Shown here: positions 20,459 to 22,248 of the stretch, piece after piece
How positions within the stretch are numbered: position 1 is the stretch's first letter
Layout of the letters: each line of letters opens with the position of its first letter
Source of the DNA: a virus
Taxonomy: Duplodnaviria > Heunggongvirae > Uroviricota > Caudoviricetes
Virus record (IMG/VR): IMGVR_UViG_2778261418_000019
Span: 1 to 22,248 of that record
DNA: 22,248 nucleotides
Strand: one strand, 5' to 3'
Made by a program: the position numbers and the translations under genes
Notes under the pieces: model-generated
Told to the model about the DNA's origin: nothing
Seen by the model: only the letters and a program-made list of their open reading frames with translations
Database searches by the model: none

Positions 20459-22248
20459 TGGGTAGTGGTGGTGGAATATTCGGAGCACTAATAACGGCGG
20501 TCATGGTCGCGGCAGCAGTCTACACGGCTGGTACTTCTACACTATTAGTAGCGGCCTATTGGGGAGCGGCAGCAGGAGCACTATCATTAGTCGCTACCAG
20601 TATGCTAGGTCAGGTAGGAGGGCTTACGGGATACTCCGATGTAGCCAGTGCATTACAGCGTTCTACAAGTCCTACAAGTGGTTTACCTGTCATATATGGC
20701 GGTAGTGCACCACATAAAAACGGTGTATCTGGTGGCAGCTTCATTCTAACTGGTGTAATCAATAACTGGTATAACGTAAAAGATGATAGCTCTCAATATT
20801 TCTTTAGTGAGCAAGTCGTGTCAATGACAGGTACGGCAAAACATATTGAACAAATTTACATGGACGATGAACCAGTATTAGCAGTACCGATAACTACAGA
20901 TGGCGTAGTACCGAAAGCTAGTATCGTGTCTAAATTCCAACCGTATCTACAATTGGAAGTTAGATTTGGTGGTAATTACACAACCACAAAAACATTAGCA
21001 AAACAATATGCTGGGCCGAAATGGACTGATAAATTCTTAGGGAAAGGTGTAGTATCTATTTCATCGGTAATCTATAAAACCGAAGATTCCACAATGGATG
21101 GTATCCTCACTAATGATAACTTCAATATGACCGTAGAAATGAAAGGACAGGTAATCTATGATTTTAATAGTGGTACTAATTTCGCTACTTCATGCCCTGC
21201 AAGTCAGGTTTATGATTATCTCGTTAATACTACCTATGGTCTGGGACTAGAACCCGCTTTAATCAATCAGCAATCATTCTCTGAAGTTAGTCAATGGTGT
21301 TTCCAACAGGGACTAACTTCCAATATTAGTATGTCTTATCAGTCAACATATAAAGAGAATATAGAATCAATTCTACAGGCTTGTGGCGGTATTCTTTATG
21401 TACACGCAGGACAAGTTTGTATAACTGTAGACCGTAAAACTCTATCAGTACATACCTATGATGAATCAAATATTATTGGTGATGCAAGCGTATCTACTTC
21501 GGGTAATAATGACTACTATAATACAATTGATGCAACCTATACCGCAGTTAAGAACCAGTATACAAGCGATGTATTGCGTATTCCTTCGGATATTAGCACG
21601 GATGAAGCAATTAAGAGTGATGGTCTAGTTATTACCCTAGCACGTGATTTTAAAGCCGTATACGATGAAGAAGTAGTAGCACGACTAGTAAACGCCGAAC
21701 TACGTAAAACTAAATTCAGTCTACGTACTGTAACCTTTACCAGTGCCGAAGCGTGGGATCTCAAAGTATGGGATAGTATTACTGTTAATATCAAGGAATT
21801 GATGGTAGCTGGTAAGTTTAAGGTATTGAGTAAATCAGTAGCAACAGATCAACAGAACGTAGGCTTCTGTACTGTTACTTGTCTTGAATATCCTGATGCA
21901 ATCTTTGACGGTACAGATCCGGGTGTATGGAGTCCTGGCGGTGTTATCGGTGGTGGGTCAGCACGTATTGTACAACCTCCTACTAATCTAGTAATTACCC
22001 GCAAAGGTGATATTGTATCTGGCTCAGTAGTTAATATGTCGTGGACTGCTTCACCTTCTAGTAATGTTCGTGGTTACTATACATACTATCGCAAAACAGG
22101 TACAACCAACTGGACAGCAGCAGGTCAGACAGTACCGACACAGTTAGAGTTTGATTTATACGGACTAGATCCAGATACAAACTGTGACTTTGCAGTAGCT
22201 GCATATATGGATTTGCCCCTATATTTCCAGACACCTGTTATCACTTAA
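20458..22248 (+). CDS. tail tip protein: gpI-like glycine/alanine-rich hydrophobic N-terminus joined to a gpJ-like central region, ending in a fibronectin-III-like domain
   Basis: AGGAG 8 nt upstream; N-terminal roughly 90 aa resemble the lambda gpI C-terminal segment (...LPVIYGG vs LPVLYGE); downstream gpJ-like pattern; stop TAA is the last codon of the window. Confidence 0.65.
   Translation: MGSGGGIFGALITAVMVAAAVYTAGTSTLLVAAYWGAAAGALSLVATSMLGQVGGLTGYSDVASALQRSTSPTSGLPVIYGGSAPHKNGVSGGSFILTGVINNWYNVKDDSSQYFFSEQVVSMTGTAKHIEQIYMDDEPVLAVPITTDGVVPKASIVSKFQPYLQLEVRFGGNYTTTKTLAKQYAGPKWTDKFLGKGVVSISSVIYKTEDSTMDGILTNDNFNMTVEMKGQVIYDFNSGTNFATSCPASQVYDYLVNTTYGLGLEPALINQQSFSEVSQWCFQQGLTSNISMSYQSTYKENIESILQACGGILYVHAGQVCITVDRKTLSVHTYDESNIIGDASVSTSGNNDYYNTIDATYTAVKNQYTSDVLRIPSDISTDEAIKSDGLVITLARDFKAVYDEEVVARLVNAELRKTKFSLRTVTFTSAEAWDLKVWDSITVNIKELMVAGKFKVLSKSVATDQQNVGFCTVTCLEYPDAIFDGTDPGVWSPGGVIGGGSARIVQPPTNLVITRKGDIVSGSVVNMSWTASPSSNVRGYYTYYRKTGTTNWTAAGQTVPTQLEFDLYGLDPDTNCDFAVAAYMDLPLYFQTPVIT

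Overview
The window reads as one nearly unidirectional (+ strand) block of a tailed dsDNA phage or prophage, AT-rich by eye, with a long non-contractile tail implied by gene order (no sheath gene). Positions 1-4400 hold small accessory genes of unknown function: one minus-strand small ORF behind a divergent promoter region, several tiny hydrophobic peptide ORFs, a predicted lipoprotein, and two tandem paralogous secreted proteins. From 4685 onward there is a lambda-like morphogenesis module: small terminase (Nu1-like), large terminase (GpA-like), portal, a single 632-aa ORF joining HK97-type prohead protease, an acidic linker and major capsid protein, two small connector/completion genes, a 1244-aa fibre protein, major tail tube protein, tail assembly chaperones with a slippery A-run, a tape measure protein split across two frames, and M/L/K/I-J-like tail tip genes. 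The most unusual item is the fibre: its N-terminus is paralogous to the tube protein and its C-terminus resembles a self-cleaving intramolecular chaperone domain. All functional calls rest on remembered family motifs and gene order, not on searches; no tRNA, rRNA, CRISPR array, integrase or transposase was recognised.
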